A stretch of 63,832 nucleotides of DNA, counting the filler, from Octopus bimaculoides (Eukaryota): NCBI RefSeq assembly GCF_001194135.2. It is 4 parts of 4 records of this genome, joined end to end, with 100 filler letters (N's around TTAATTAATTAA, not from the genome) between each part and the next. Parts side by side here need not be neighbours in the genome. Positions count along the whole stretch, not along the records: positions 29,579 to 61,053 come from NC_068997.1; 3 more parts are not named here. The stretch is one strand, 5' to 3'. The position numbers and the translations under genes were made by a program. Position 1 is the first letter of the stretch. Each line of letters starts with the position of its first letter. A model generated the notes under the pieces. That model saw only the letters and a program-made list of their open reading frames with translations. It had not been told where the DNA came from and made no database searches. Shown one piece after another: positions 36,017 through 49,758 of this stretch.

Positions 36017-36420
36017 CAGGGATTGGACAAAATAATGGAAACACCTTAAATTTTCAAACAAATTTATTTTAATATTGGGTAGGACTACCTTTGGCAGTAA
36101 TTACAGCTTGAATTCTATGAAGTATGAACTTGTACAAAGTTTGAATTATTTTCAAAGGAATATTTGTCCATTCTTCAGCTAAAACAGTCTCCAGTTCTTG
36201 TAGTGATGATGGTGGAGGATATTGACTCCTTACTTGTTTTTCTAAAATGCACCATAAATGTTCAATAATATTGAGATCTGGAGACTGTGTTGGCCAGATA
36301 AGATGTTCATCATCATTAGAATGTTCCTTGTGCCATTCAGTAACAACTTTAGCTGTGTGAATTGGCGCATTATCATCTTGAAAGATTGTGTTTCCCTCCG
36401 GAAACAGTTCGGCAAACAGG
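36017..36420 (-). mobile_element. Tc1-family transposon 3' end with DD36E spacing
   Basis: TIR CAGGGATTGGACAAAATAATGGAAACAC after TA (36015-16). Open C-terminus FQDDNAPIHTAKVVTEWHKEHSNDDEHLIWPTQSPDLNIIEHLW...AKGSPTQY*. Confidence 0.9.
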
Positions 36421-37379
36421 ATGAATTTGATCAGAGAAAATGCTTAAATAGTTTTGACTATTAATTCTGTCATGTCGGAATTACAAATCACAGGACGGTC
36501 AGCAATGTAGACAATAGTCAAGGCCAAGTGGATAGGAAGCTTGGTTGGCCACGAAGAAGCCAGAATCCAACCCTACGTCCTGGCGTCTTGGGTAAGTGTA
36601 TTTTACAATAGCCACAGGTCAATTCAAACTTTACATGTGAAAGTAGGTTGATGGAAACTATGTGAAAGATCGTTATATTGAGTGTTGTCATAATTTATAT
36701 GAACAGCTTCATCGCCATACGAGCGCACCCGTTTCCCTAATCTACTGAGCAAACATGTGCGGTCATGGGGAAGTATTACCTTCCTTGGAAACAGGTGGAG
36801 GTTGGCAACGAAAAGAGTACACCCCTTTCGTAGAAATTCTGCCCCAACGGATTCCACCTGATGCATACAAGCAGAGGAAATTGAAGGTGAAAGCAACAAT
36901 GACGATGATATGTGTGTGTGAATCATCACCATGTCATCTCCATATACTCATAGTTTTATCCAACAGCCCCCATAGGCACACACCAACTGATAACAGGGAC
37001 ATGCATACTCGCTCGCCCATAAACATGTAAATATATACATACTACGCCCACATACACATACTTGCGCATACACACACTTTTGCCAGGTTACTGTTATCTC
37101 TCCTGCCACCCATTTCTCTAGCAAATCCCTTCTTTACGATCAAATCGAGATGTGCAACCGTTAAACCAGATACGATTTTTCTCTCTCCATTTTTTCCTTC
37201 TCTCCATTTTTTCCTTCTCTCCACTTTTTCCTTCTCTCCATCTGTCTTCTCGTCTTATTCCTTTCTGTAGAAGAGTGTAGGCTCGAAACTTCAAAGACTT
37301 CTGTTGTTCTTGAGCGCCAAACTTACATACCTTATTTGTTGTTCTCTCCTCTGTTTCTGTCTTTTGTTATATATATATA

Positions 37380-37384
<5 letters not shown>

Positions 37385-37461
<77 letters not shown>
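37385..37461. repeat. (TG)n microsatellite
   Basis: Direct reading. Confidence 0.97.
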
Positions 37462-37467
<6 letters not shown>

Positions 37468-39029
37468 TACAAAATAAAAAGACTTTTTTGTCCATTTGTC
37501 TAGATCATAAAATTTCTTCCGCTTCACCACTCCTCCTGTTTTGGCCTTAAAGAGAGTATTTCCAAAATCAGGGAGAGGGTCATTACTTTTTCTGTTCTGA
37601 AAAGAGTATTTCTCAACTAGTTCCATTTATTTTCCTTTCTTCTCTTGCAGTAGACCAATATCCTCTCCGCTCCCCGCTACTTGTTTTTTTTTTCCTGCAT
37701 TTAACTTTTACTGATGTTCATCAGATCACAGTTAATCCTAACTGACAGTTTCTAAACATAAATCTCTCTGAAAATTCTCTTAAATTCTCATTATGTTGCT
37801 TCTGGTTCCTTCTATCATTGCATCTGTTTCATTTGATTTGATTTTTGTTCGAATGTTTTCAGGTTCCCATCTAAATTGAGTTAAACTTGATATTAACCAT
37901 TTGTGGAAGCTGGTGTGTGAATGTGTGTTTTGGAATATTTTGTCTGACAATGTCATTGGTAAACTGTATGTATAACACTTAAATTCCTTAGTTGGGGCTT
38001 CTGAATTCTATATACACCCACCAGGGATTTCTTTAACTTTGTTGCGGGAAATAGTTTCATTTTGTTTTTAATTCCTGTATCAGATCAATCTCAGACATCA
38101 ATCAGGGATTTATGACTGATTTTGTTTGTCGTTGATTTTGATGACAATCTCTGCATAATTACTTTCTAATTCTTCATGTTTAGAGCAGAAAAGCAAAGAA
38201 TGGCTACACCACTGTCCATTCACTGGACTCAATTTGGCTTATATATATTTCGCCCTACTTTTGTTTGGTTGAAATTTTCAATAATTTCATTATTATTATT
38301 ATCATTATCATCTCCAATACTAATATCTCTCTTTTTTTTTTTTTTCATTATTCTTTATAATCTAACAATTTGTTTTGGTATCATATAAGGAAGAACCTAT
38401 ACATAAATTAGCTAAAAAATATATAAATGCATAATTGTTAATGTTCGAAATTAGTTTCCGAATTGATTATTTGAAAAAACAAACAGATTTCATCATTTTA
38501 ATTGATGTTTTACTGATTTTTAATGAGAGACCATGAACGTGTTTTATTAAACAAAAATAATTAGTTTAAAAACCAAGCTAATATAGTAATAATTCATGTC
38601 GTGTTGACGGAGTAGATAAGTCACTGAAAATATTAGTATTCACACTAACTGCACACATGCTGCACAGAGTGCGATTTTCCAGTAAACAAACTTTAATTGC
38701 ATGAAATAAATAATACAAAGGTATTTAAAAATAAAGCAGAAGTAAAAGAGGTGTCAGGGACTAATTAAGGCAGCCGGGGAGGAAAGTTGTGTATAGGGGT
38801 TGGGGCGAAAAGTGTCAGATATGAGAAGCACCACGTCAAAAGTTATTTTGTATTCTAAGCTTTAATTTATAATTGAAACAAATTACATCCAAATATAACG
38901 CATCATATTCTATTGTCGTCATGGTTATGCCAGAAGCTCAACTCCATGCTTATAACATTTGATTGGCTTCGAGGCCAAAAAACACCCTGCATTCGTTTTC
39001 AGTCTCATTCACATTGCTAAACCTCCTTC

Positions 39030-39190
39030 CATGTAGAAAATGGGCCATGGCTCGGAAAGGGTAATAGTCTGATGGTGATAGGTGAGACGGTACTTCCACC
39101 CCCTCGAGTTCCTCAAGCTGTATTTGATTACATTGGTAGAGTGTGGTGGGACATTGTCATGCTGTAGGAGTTTGCTGCTACCTCTGCACT
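39030..39190 (-). mobile_element. mariner catalytic-domain remnant
   Basis: LLQHDNVPPH then, after a frameshift, LEELEG...PSDYY.FRAMAHF. Confidence 0.65.
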
Positions 39191-39879
39191 CAGTCCATTA
39201 TCCTACAGGTAGAACAAAATGGCTCTAATTGCAAGTTTTTCCCCACCCATTATGAAAGCTGTAAAATTAATAATAAATTATTAATGTTTAGATGTTGTAC
39301 AAACATTCAGCAACGATTGAACAAGTTGTAACAAATTAACGATATAAAATGGAGATGGAATTTACCAAAACTCACCAGTGAAAATCCAGAAACACTTTTG
39401 ACTCAGCCTTGTAAGTAGAGCTGAAGCAAGAAGATTAGGCAGAAGAAGTGAAGGATGATCTTACAAGAATGGATCACTAAAACGTGATAAGAAACGACAG
39501 TAACACGTTGAGAGAGATGTGATGGAGCTATCCGAATATGGCTGTTTGGAAATGCAGAACTAAAGAAATGGTGACGACGAATACGGCGACAATAAAGGCA
39601 TCGAAATCGTCGATTCCAGAAGCACTTCTCCACCACTGACGTTGACGACGACAACGGTGACGTCATCAACAAAGACGTTGATAATGAAGATGACGACGAC
39701 AAAGACGACGACGACAAAGACGACGACGAAGACGATGATGATGATGATGATGACATGCATCAATGTACTGATGAGAGAGAAATTGTGTAACAAGTTACGT
39801 GAAAGTTATCAGTTAAATATGACTACGAGTTTATTAGTTGTTGCTTTTGTGGTTTAACCGCCGATAAGCACTGCAATGA

Positions 39880-40050
39880 GTGTCCAACGAACAAAAGCAT
39901 TCCAATCCTGACCGTCCCATCTTTTGATATATCCAGGACTGCATTATACAATATTTCAGTCTTGTTTGCGTAAGATAGTAGAAAGTGAATTGAGAGAAAT
40001 TTGGCTGCTATTTCTGGCACATTGGATGGCCACATAGTAGGACCCTCGTG
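39880..40050 (+). mobile_element. Representative copy of a third dispersed short repeat family
   Basis: Anchor motif TTTGGCTGCTATTTCT(A/G)GC recurs at about 3210, 15370, 40000, 40195, 41450 and 59390 (+) and about 46115, 53520 and 57915 (-). Class not determined, probably a SINE. Confidence 0.6.
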
Positions 40051-41504
40051 ACGCGATGAGTTGTCGTTTTCAAAACAATTGTAACGGGGGCAGGTGTGTG
40101 ACATGCAGGTGATCCACTGAACGACTGGATGTGACTTATGTCAGAAGCACTGGGCGTGGCTCTGACCTATTGATCAACTGAATTTAATGAGAATTTGGCT
40201 GCTCTTTCTAGCTAGTCAAAAGTGTACAATGAGACACTTTGTGCTGCGAATGTTGGTGTTCAGCTTTAAATGACCATAAACATCCCGGCCATGACTATCC
40301 CGTCAGATTTTAAAATCTAGCGTGTTAAGCAAAGACTCAGACGTCTTCTTATAGCAAGTAACTACAAAAGGGTGGAGTAAAATGGATTTAGTCAGATTAT
40401 AGCATCTGTGGTTCTTTTTGCACATGGTATTAGCTTAGAGAGAATGCATGAAGATCGGGTAATAATAGAAGCTGCAACAATAATTAACAATGGCAGTTAG
40501 GGAGCAGGAATTGTTTGACCTTTGAAGGTTTCAAGATAAGATCATGGAAAGTTTTATCACAACATGAAAGCCTGTTAACTACACACCTGGTTGACTCGTT
40601 GCAGGAAAAGAAGAAGAAAAAAGTACAAGCAGATAATCCTTTTATTCGGATGCTAGTAATAATAGTAGCAATAATTCGCCTTCAATATTTAAGCAGTGTT
40701 GGATAATTTAATAGCTGAAACGATAAAATCTGGAATGCAAGGCAAGTTACGACGGTCTACAACAGTAAAATTTGTCCATAAAAGAGTCAATAGAAGTAAT
40801 TGGTCGTAGTCTGTGTATTGTGGATGTTTAATTTAACAATATCATTAGAACAACATCTGATATCTTTGACGATATCATTAGTACAAAAGGTAATTAGCCA
40901 TTAACTTTCTAATGGACACATATATCTCTTTCGTCATTAATATGATATCGTATACGCCGTGTATTGTTATATTGAGTGGGAGAAGAATAATACAATGCTT
41001 GGCCATCAATAGCTGGTGTCTCTAAAGGACCCATTGTAAACCAATCTCGTCTCTGGCAGCATTATTCTTACTATTGAGTCTCGTTCATATAATTTCCAGG
41101 ATTCACAAGATGAGCGGTTTAAGTTATGGCTTATCCGCTTTATATATAATAAATAGATGGGAATTTACTATAATTCCTCAACAAAATGTGAAACATGACA
41201 AGTTCGTTTGATTTTACTTAGAGATGTAGGCATCATTTATCATAGAATATATATTAAAGAATATATATTAGAGAATGTATAGTAAAGAATATCTGAGGAA
41301 ATGCACACGAGAAGGCTGAAGACCTTGCTGTTTTCCATTGTTTATAGTTTCGATTATTTTGCAGCTGCCTCACTGTGTATATATTTACATACGTACATGA
41401 ATACACATGTTTCGGGAGTCGTATTGTTTGGTAGAGAAATAATAGTTTTGGCTGCTATTTCTAATTTTCGGTGTGTGGTGAAGCAATGCTTCCTGAACCC
41501 TAAA

Positions 41505-41552
<48 letters not shown>

Positions 41553-42389
41553 CGTCCTTCGACCGCATTCTACCTTTCGTTAGCCTTGCTTTGACCACTT
41601 TGCCCACACTGCAACGCAATAAAAGTTACTAACAGCCAAAGGTCGACGTTGTACTCAATGACTTTTATCGTCACTCTCTCATAACTTTTGCTTTTTTCAA
41701 CTGACGTAATTTCTCCCGATATATTTTCGCTGACTTTTAATTGTTGTGCCATTTAACATGAGTTGAGGGGAAATTTAATCTGCTTCCATTTTATTCCTTC
41801 TGTATAGAGCAATATAAAAATTTCCCCTTCGCCTTCCCTGAATAATATCCCTTGGAAAAAAAAATTCAGCTGAGTTTTACATAATTTCTCCAGTTACACA
41901 GTTCATCATCGTCGTCGTCGTCGTCGTCACTTTAACGCCCGCTTTCCATGCTGGCATGAGGTAGACCCTGGGTGGACCTTATAAAATTTTGATGAAGTTT
42001 ATGCACAATAAATCTGTTATACTTCTACGATACACAAAATATTTCAACAATTTTTAGAAATTACAAAAGCATAATAGGAGTTTTTAAAACATTGAATGGC
42101 TATGAAATTTCATCCGAGCAAAACAGGAATCAAAAGGCTCCATAGGAAAGAATGGTTTTTACGTGTGTTTCTGTTGAGGCTGTCTCAGAACCGAGGTAGA
42201 TGAAATGATCAACTCGATGAGATCCCCGCTCTGATATTGGTAATGGATCCTTGCTGACCGTTAGCAAGGAATTTGATTTTACTAGGATTAACAAGTAGTC
42301 CAACACTACGTGCAGCAGCTAATTCTAGGCTATAAAGTAATTTGATATTCTGTCAGAGAACAAACCTCATGGACATTGGTTATTTCTTT

Positions 42390-43010
42390 TTTTAATTGGA
42401 TGTTTGATCGATCATCTTTCCAGAAAGTGTGAAACCAAAGCTGTTTAGATTGTCAAATGATATAATAATAAGAATATAATCCAGAATGATCACAAAGAGA
42501 AAAGGTGCCAGTGTGTCCTCTTGGAGTACTCCAGCTCTGATATCAAAGAAACTTGTATCTCCATCTGGGTCATCCCTAAACAATCTAGAATTTGTCTGGA
42601 AATCAACCCTATCAGACAACCTTAAAAGAATTTTCCCCGTGCAATGGTAGAGTCAATCATTTTATATGGAGCAACAGCCTGGACTCTTACCAAAAAGTTG
42701 GAACCTAAGCTAGATGGTAAGCGCAATCTTAAAAATATCTTGGAGAAATCATCCTACCAAGGAACAGTTGTACAGAGATCTCCGGCCAGTTTCCACCATT
42801 ATAAGAGCAAAGCATTTGCATTTTGCAGAACAATGTTAGTTAGCTAAACAAGAGCTGGCAAGTGACCTGCTGATGTGGATGACAAAGCATGGTTGTACCC
42901 AAGATGGTCGTTCAAACACCACGTATGTAGATCAACTCATAAGAGACACCAGATACCTCACTTAACTAATGCAGGACTGAGAATGATGATGTATGCAGGT
43001 TAAAAATGCT
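42390..43010. mobile_element. RTE-clade LINE 3' portion with inverted 5' segment
   Basis: Minus strand 42390-42590 reads PDGDTSFFDIRAGVLQEDTLAPFLFVIILDY (RT). Plus strand from about 42595 reads KSTLSDNLKR../MVESIILYGATAWTLTKKLE.KLDG (post-RT region). Confidence 0.85.
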
Positions 43011-43039
43011 TGAGACGCCTGATGTTTATGAGGAAAATA

Positions 43040-43770
43040 AAATCAATTGCTACCAGGTAGGAAAAGAAAAATGACAATGGCTAATACAGCAAGATATTTC
43101 AAAATTGGTGAAAATGTATTTAAGGCATATAGGAACAGAAAACAAAGCTGGGAAGATGGCGTGATTACCAAACGCATAGGAAAAACGCTATACTTGGTAA
43201 AAGGAAGAAAATGGGTATTCAAGAGACACAAGAATCAACTAAAAAAAAATCATTCATTGAGAGCAAAACCAAGAGAATGGAAGAAATGGTGGAATGGTTA
43301 TATGATACTTTTCAAGTACCAATGCCTCTACAAATAATTGAACCCAGACACACAAGCGAAAGAATAATGTATGGAGTTCCTGGAAGTGGATGCCAAATGA
43401 GAAACATATTAAATTTGTAAAAGTATCAAAAAAATAACAAAAACCTCAAAAAAGGGAGGTGGGGTGATGTAAAAATTATTGTTAATAAAAAGAAATAAAA
43501 TGACACTCTCTGAAAAAAAGAATTAAAAGACAGAAAGGCAGAAACAGAGTGTGAGAGAGAGAGTGAGTGAGAGAGAGTGAGTGACTGTGAGAGTGAGAGA
43601 CTGAGTGATTGATAACCAGTTAGGAAGAAGTCATTAACAAGTCAACTGGTATTGTTTGTTATGAAAATAAAAAAAATGATGTGTCATTACAGGAAGTTAT
43701 TCAGTGGTCTCTATCCTGTATTTATCCTTTGATGTGGATTTATACCAAGTAATATCGAAAAGCTGTCACA
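43040..43770 (+). mobile_element. Gypsy LTR retrotransposon 3' end: integrase tail, PPT and 3' LTR
   Basis: FKIGENVFKAYRNRKQSWEDGVITKRIGKTLYLVKG..KRHKNQLKK is an integrase C-terminus. Purine tract AAAAAAGGGAGG (about 43448-59) is followed by TG at 43460; the LTR-like segment has AATAAA and ends GTCACA at 43770. Confidence 0.75.
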
Positions 43771-45743
43771 CACGTGTACATCTGTGTAATAGGAGAAGCA
43801 ATCATATATATGTGTCTGTGTATACGTTTGTGTGTGTGTGTACATATGTATGTGAAGTTGCTGCTCTGTCCTCTGTCCAATAACTTTTGTCTAATAATCA
43901 AACTTAAACAATCTGGCTTTATTTTATGTATCTGTGTTTGACAGCAAAATTTGCTGTAGATAATATATATATGTGCCTACCTAGCGCCTACATACATACA
44001 TGCTTTTATACATACATACACACACAGACATATATACTCATATATATATATATATATATATGTTTGTATGTGCATATGTGCATATGTGTGTATATATTTA
44101 TATATACATACATACATACATACATACATTCACATACACACATAGATAGATAAATAGATAGATATTTGCATGTCCATATGTTTGTATAATACTTTTTCAT
44201 TAATACACTACACTGGAAATATGGAAATTACTTTAGATAGAAAAATCAATCAATACATATTTATTGATGAAGAAAGTTAGTAAATTCCGTTGACAATACA
44301 GTTTATTAATCACACCTTCTGCTATTAGTACATGGTTTTTTTTTTAATTAACACCTTTCAAAGCCAAAAAATGGTTGGTGATTCACCAGCGGAGGAATAT
44401 GTAAGATAAAACATTTATTGGGTGTCAGCAAGAGTTAGTAATAAATACCTCAGACAAAAGAGAATTGAATTTTTGTACTCATTGACTAATCTTGGTTGTT
44501 TATTTTCTGGAATACAGAATAGAGATAAAACAGAAAACTGTCTTGGTAAAACTGAAATTATAAACAAGGGCATAATTATAAATTCAGTTTTGTGGTCATT
44601 AAATATTGTATTTCTCTTAAAGTTTTCATGGCATTTTATCTTTTTTATTTTTGTTGGATTCATATTGTTGTTATATAATGTAAATACATAACATAAAACC
44701 AAATTATCTATCTTCAGTTATTTGATTAAAGCCTTTTTACAGGCAACACTATTAATACTTAATATTGTAAATAAAAGTTACATTGGCCAATATACATACA
44801 TCTCTCTCTTTCTCTCTTTATCTATCTATCTCTTACACTTAACAGCCTGAAACTAAGTTTGATCTGTCTTTTTTCCTTCATCGAACCCAGAAACAGGGGA
44901 ACAGGTGGGGAGAAAGAAAGAAAGAAATAAAGAAAGGAAGAAAGGCAGAGAGGAAGTAGATTGGAACTACTGTAGAACAGGCAGAGATTTTATTTCTTTC
45001 TATATCTTGTGCATTGTTGGTAACTTGTATAAAGTAAGCATTGAGAGAGAAAGACAGAGATGGAGAGAGAGCGTGTATTTATAATAAAGTATTTATATGT
45101 AAATTTATTCAGAAAAATATATTAATACTTCAAAATTGATATTTTGTATGCTGCAACGTTTCCCAGTTGTCTTCATCAGCAATTGAACTTTTATCAACTC
45201 AATAACTTTATCTCATACACTTACTAATAACATTAACTGCTCTTAGAGGAATGAATATATTAAGTAAGACAAGAATATCACGGCTGAAAGTGGCACTTTA
45301 AATAGTAAAATCAGCATGAGAATCTGACCTTTGTGATAAATATATTTATACATTTTTCCCAAATATCATTTATGAACCAACTAGAAACAACCTCTGTAAA
45401 GCCTCTTACTCTACAATATAATTTGCTTCCAATATCATAGACTTTTGCTGACTTTTATCTTACATTGTTTCATTTTATTTTACCTTTATTCTGCTTTCTT
45501 GATTTTTGTGTGTGAGATTTTTTTTTACTTTTGCAACTCCTTTAAAATGGAGTATATTTCCTGTGAACATATTAAAACCATCCCAAACACATTCCACTTC
45601 CATCACACCTCACCACTAAGAAAGTTTGATTGCATCAGCAAATACTGTCTTATATAACATCCCTGTAAAAGATAAACACTATGATCTTCTCTGGAAAAGA
45701 AAGTGCTGTGTCTCTGGAGAACAATAATCTTTTTATTGCTCAC

Positions 45744-45884
45744 CTCACTGCTGTTTTGATTGCCAATACAAGTACCGAGGACAGATACATTCAATAGAAT
45801 CACTTGGATATAAGAAGGTGGAATAAATATACAAATCTTGACAGGTATCACTGCCTGCTCTACAGATATTATATGATGTGGATT
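45744..45884 (-). other. Candidate exon (141 nt)
   Basis: U-rich tract plus CCTTCTGCAG acceptor and GAG|GTGAGC donor, then an 81-nt intron ending TTATCTTTTACAG at 45663. No recognisable protein. Confidence 0.35.
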
Positions 45885-47905
45885 CTGCAGAAGGAATTCA
45901 CAATGACAAATATGGTAAAAAAAAGAAACATTACAAAAGAAAAAAAAAATCTAAAAAGAACCATTTCAACCATTTTATGCTTCTATAAGCTGAAGTTGAA
46001 ATAAATATGGAATTTTCATAAGAAAATCACATCTTTAAAAGATAAATGTTTATGGATGTCTCCTAAGTTCTTTTACTGAACAACATTTACATGGTCGCTA
46101 AATAAGTTAGAAGTGACAGCCAAATTCCCTCAAATCACATTCGACCATTTTTTTTTTTAAAAAAAGCAGTAGCAGTTTTAAGGTATGTGAAATGTTGAGA
46201 TGGTCATAGCTTCAAGACTGACCAGGTCCAGCCTCTTACACCTATTCGACAGTGTCTTTCTAAAAATAAACAATCACATCATGGAAATCTGAAAGCTACA
46301 AGGTCAAGCACAATTGAATCAAAACAATGTGAAAAAAATAGACATTACGCTTGTCTGAATGATCTGAATTCTAAAGAGTTCAGATATTGAAACCACCATT
46401 TCGAAATCTTTTGTGTGACTTGAAACAGATGCAAAAACATCAAGTTATTCTCTTTGTACACACAACAATAAAAAAGAGATTGTTCTGACATGTTTCAGAC
46501 TTCGTTGATGTAAACCATTTTTAACCACACCGAAGACTATTTAGTTTTTAATGCAAGAATATCACCATTTCCTCTGGAAACATTTTGATTCTTTGCCAAA
46601 ACGGTTCCTTGTTTGTCTGATGTGAAAATCTGTAGAATAAATCCTAATTTATTTAATCATCATTGAATATCTCTGTTTGTCCTTGTAAATCCAGAAACAC
46701 TAAAGCATTTTGGAATTTGATTCCCATATAACATGGAATTTATTTCAAATGCAATTGTAATATTTAATTTCATAAAATTATAAAAGAAATATAGAAAAAT
46801 GACAAAAGAAATATTATTTTACCATTTTTGTGTTATGTTATTCCCATCGAAATAATTCATTTTGAAGAAAAAAAAGAAATTGCTTTTGTTTTTCTTTTTT
46901 AAGATTTAATATCAAAATTTTGCACATGATTTATTCATATTAAGATGGAATGAAAAACCAAACAAATAAGTGACAATAACAACAACAACAATAATAATAA
47001 TAATAAATGTTAATAATGAAAATAAAAATGAATGAATAATGAAATAAACAAGTAAAATACTTTAAAAGTCTTGTCTAGATATATCAGAAATATAAATCAT
47101 GTTTAAATTCTAGAATGAAGACTAGTAACACCTTGTAAGCATTTCACCTTTTAATGATTTGTAAAATGTGAAAAATGCCAAAATATAGTAAAAGCAAAAT
47201 AATAAATGGTGAAAAAAAAAAGAGAAGTAGACAGCAAAAACGATATAGATATTAAGTGATACATGAAGGGGAAGTTATACAATTAGAATAAAGATTGAAC
47301 GAATAATGAATGATTGATAATATCATTTTGGAAATGTAAAGAGAATTTTTCAGTTTTCTGATTTAAAATTTCATGTTTACCTGGTGTGTCAAATTTATGA
47401 TCTTCTGTGATCTTTAGCCATTTTAGTAGCCTGGAAAGTTTACAGGAATACAGGAATATACATACATACATACATACATACATACATACATACATACATA
47501 AATATACATATATATAAATACAATAAAACATATTTATATATATATATATTATATATATATATACACACACACATATATATATATATATATATGCATATAT
47601 GTATTTAAGTTTTTGTGTGTGTCTGTGTGTATGAGTGTGTGTAAATCTGAAGATGGCTTGAAACAAATGTGGAAATTTTGTATATGAAATTATTCCTCAA
47701 TTATTCCTTTTGATATGTTTGGGAAAAAGAACTAATAAAAAAAAATTAAATAAAGGAAAAAGAACAATGTCTCTCTTTCTATTTGCCTATACGTAGTAGC
47801 AAACACACAGACACACTCACAAGCACACACACACATACAGTATTTGTTTATATATAATTATATACATATATGTATATATGTATATATATATATATAATAA
47901 TTTTC

Positions 47906-47962
<57 letters not shown>

Positions 47963-48057
47963 TCCACACACAATCATATATGTTGTGTTGGTATGTTTGT
48001 GTATCTATGCATGTGTGTATTTGTGCATATATGTATGAATGTATGGATGTGTATGGA

Positions 48058-48107
<50 letters not shown>

Positions 48108-48491
48108 TGCACGTATATAAATTCTTTACAGTGTCAATTTAAATATAATTTCGTAAATGTCTTTCATGTTGGTGTTGTTGCTATACATATGGATTGCCTT
48201 CTTCTTCATTTCATGTTCATTATTAATCAATAACGAATTTATTGGTAATAATTGCCATTACCATTTCAATATATGCAGATTTATTTCACATATCCACGAT
48301 TGATTTATTTTACTTTCTCGAAAATAATTTGCATGATTTCAATGGAAGGGTTTTAAATAATGCCACAATCTTTGTGTAATAAAGCTTATTATAATCTCCC
48401 ATGCACCCCCACCCACCCCTCACTCCATCCAGCATCCTTCTAGCAATAACAGAAAAGATCATCATCCTCATCATCATCATCATTATCTCTC

Positions 48492-48492
<1 letters not shown>

Positions 48493-48549
<57 letters not shown>

Positions 48550-48575
48550 TAATAATTATAATACTAATAATAATA
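48493..48575. repeat. (AAT)n microsatellite
   Basis: Direct reading. Confidence 0.97.
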
Positions 48576-49398
48576 GGTCTCTGGGTGAGTCAATCATATA
48601 ATAATAAAAATATTAATAATAATAATATTTCCTGCATAATAGTTATTGAAGGAATGTAAAAATGCTTTAAGGAAGTCAGTGTAGTCTGATGGATAAGATA
48701 ATTATGTCTATTGTGAGTGAGAAAAATAGATTTAATTTTAATAAGCTGTTGGCATATTAACTATGTGATCTTCCGATAAGGAGGAGTAACTAAAATGTTC
48801 CAATATATTTGGGCGATGGTTAATGTTAATACAACCTAGCAGAATTTTATGTAATATTCTTATAGAATCTATTTGAGAGAGATGTAAATATCTAAAGATA
48901 TATGATTTCCATTTAGATGTGATCTATGTGCTGTAGCAGAGGGGTGAATAATGAAGGTCCTGGTACTAAATCAAAATCAAGAAACCTTCAACTGTAGCAA
49001 AAGCATTAAATTGTGCCCTTTAACATGCAATTACTCAATTTACCTTTAACTGTAAATGTGTAACATTTACAGTTTTTATTTACTGGTCTTTGCAGGTGAG
49101 AAGCATTCTGTGTGTAAAAGAGCTACTCAAAATAACCAACATCTCTAAATATTCTTCAGAATAGATCATATTTGACAGAAGACTTACTCAGACTTTGTAC
49201 CAAGATTAAAAGTGAATGAAACAGATTTGGAATGGTTTTAAAGGATTAGCAGGCTTCTTTTGCATTGATACATAAAATTCTTTTTTTACTCCATTTAAAT
49301 GTCTGGTCCTCACCAATCCCTTGTTTTCTTCTGTTATTTGGTATGTTAACACTCACCAACACACTTTAACTTCTCTCTCAAAGCATGCTCTCTCTCCT

Positions 49399-49432
<34 letters not shown>

Positions 49433-49640
49433 CCCTCTCTCTCTCCCCCTCTCTCTCTCCCCTTTTTTTAACACTTCTCTTTGGCATCTCTTCCTTGAAG
49501 AAGGCTGCATTCATACTTCCTCCATTTCATTTGTCTCTCACCCGTTTGTCTCTTCACTTCTCCTAATCCATCTACACTCTGTCTCAGCCCATCTTTTCTC
49601 CTCCAAAACATCATCTCTCCAGAATTTCCTCCCTACGTAC

Positions 49641-49758
49641 ATCTTTCCTGCAGGGGTTTATTTGAAACAGATTAAATGAAGGATTAATGGCATCAGTTTA
49701 ACTGGCCTCAGAGGTTTGCAAATACTGTGGGCTCTGCCCCTTCCTCAAAACCCAGCAA
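49641..49758 (-). other. Candidate 118-nt exon with stops in all three frames
   Basis: Acceptor TTCATTGTTTTTGTTTTTTTAG and donor GAT|GTACGT. Frames read LLGFEEGAEPTVFANL*, CWVLRKGQSPQYLQTSEAS* and AGF*. Confidence 0.4.
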
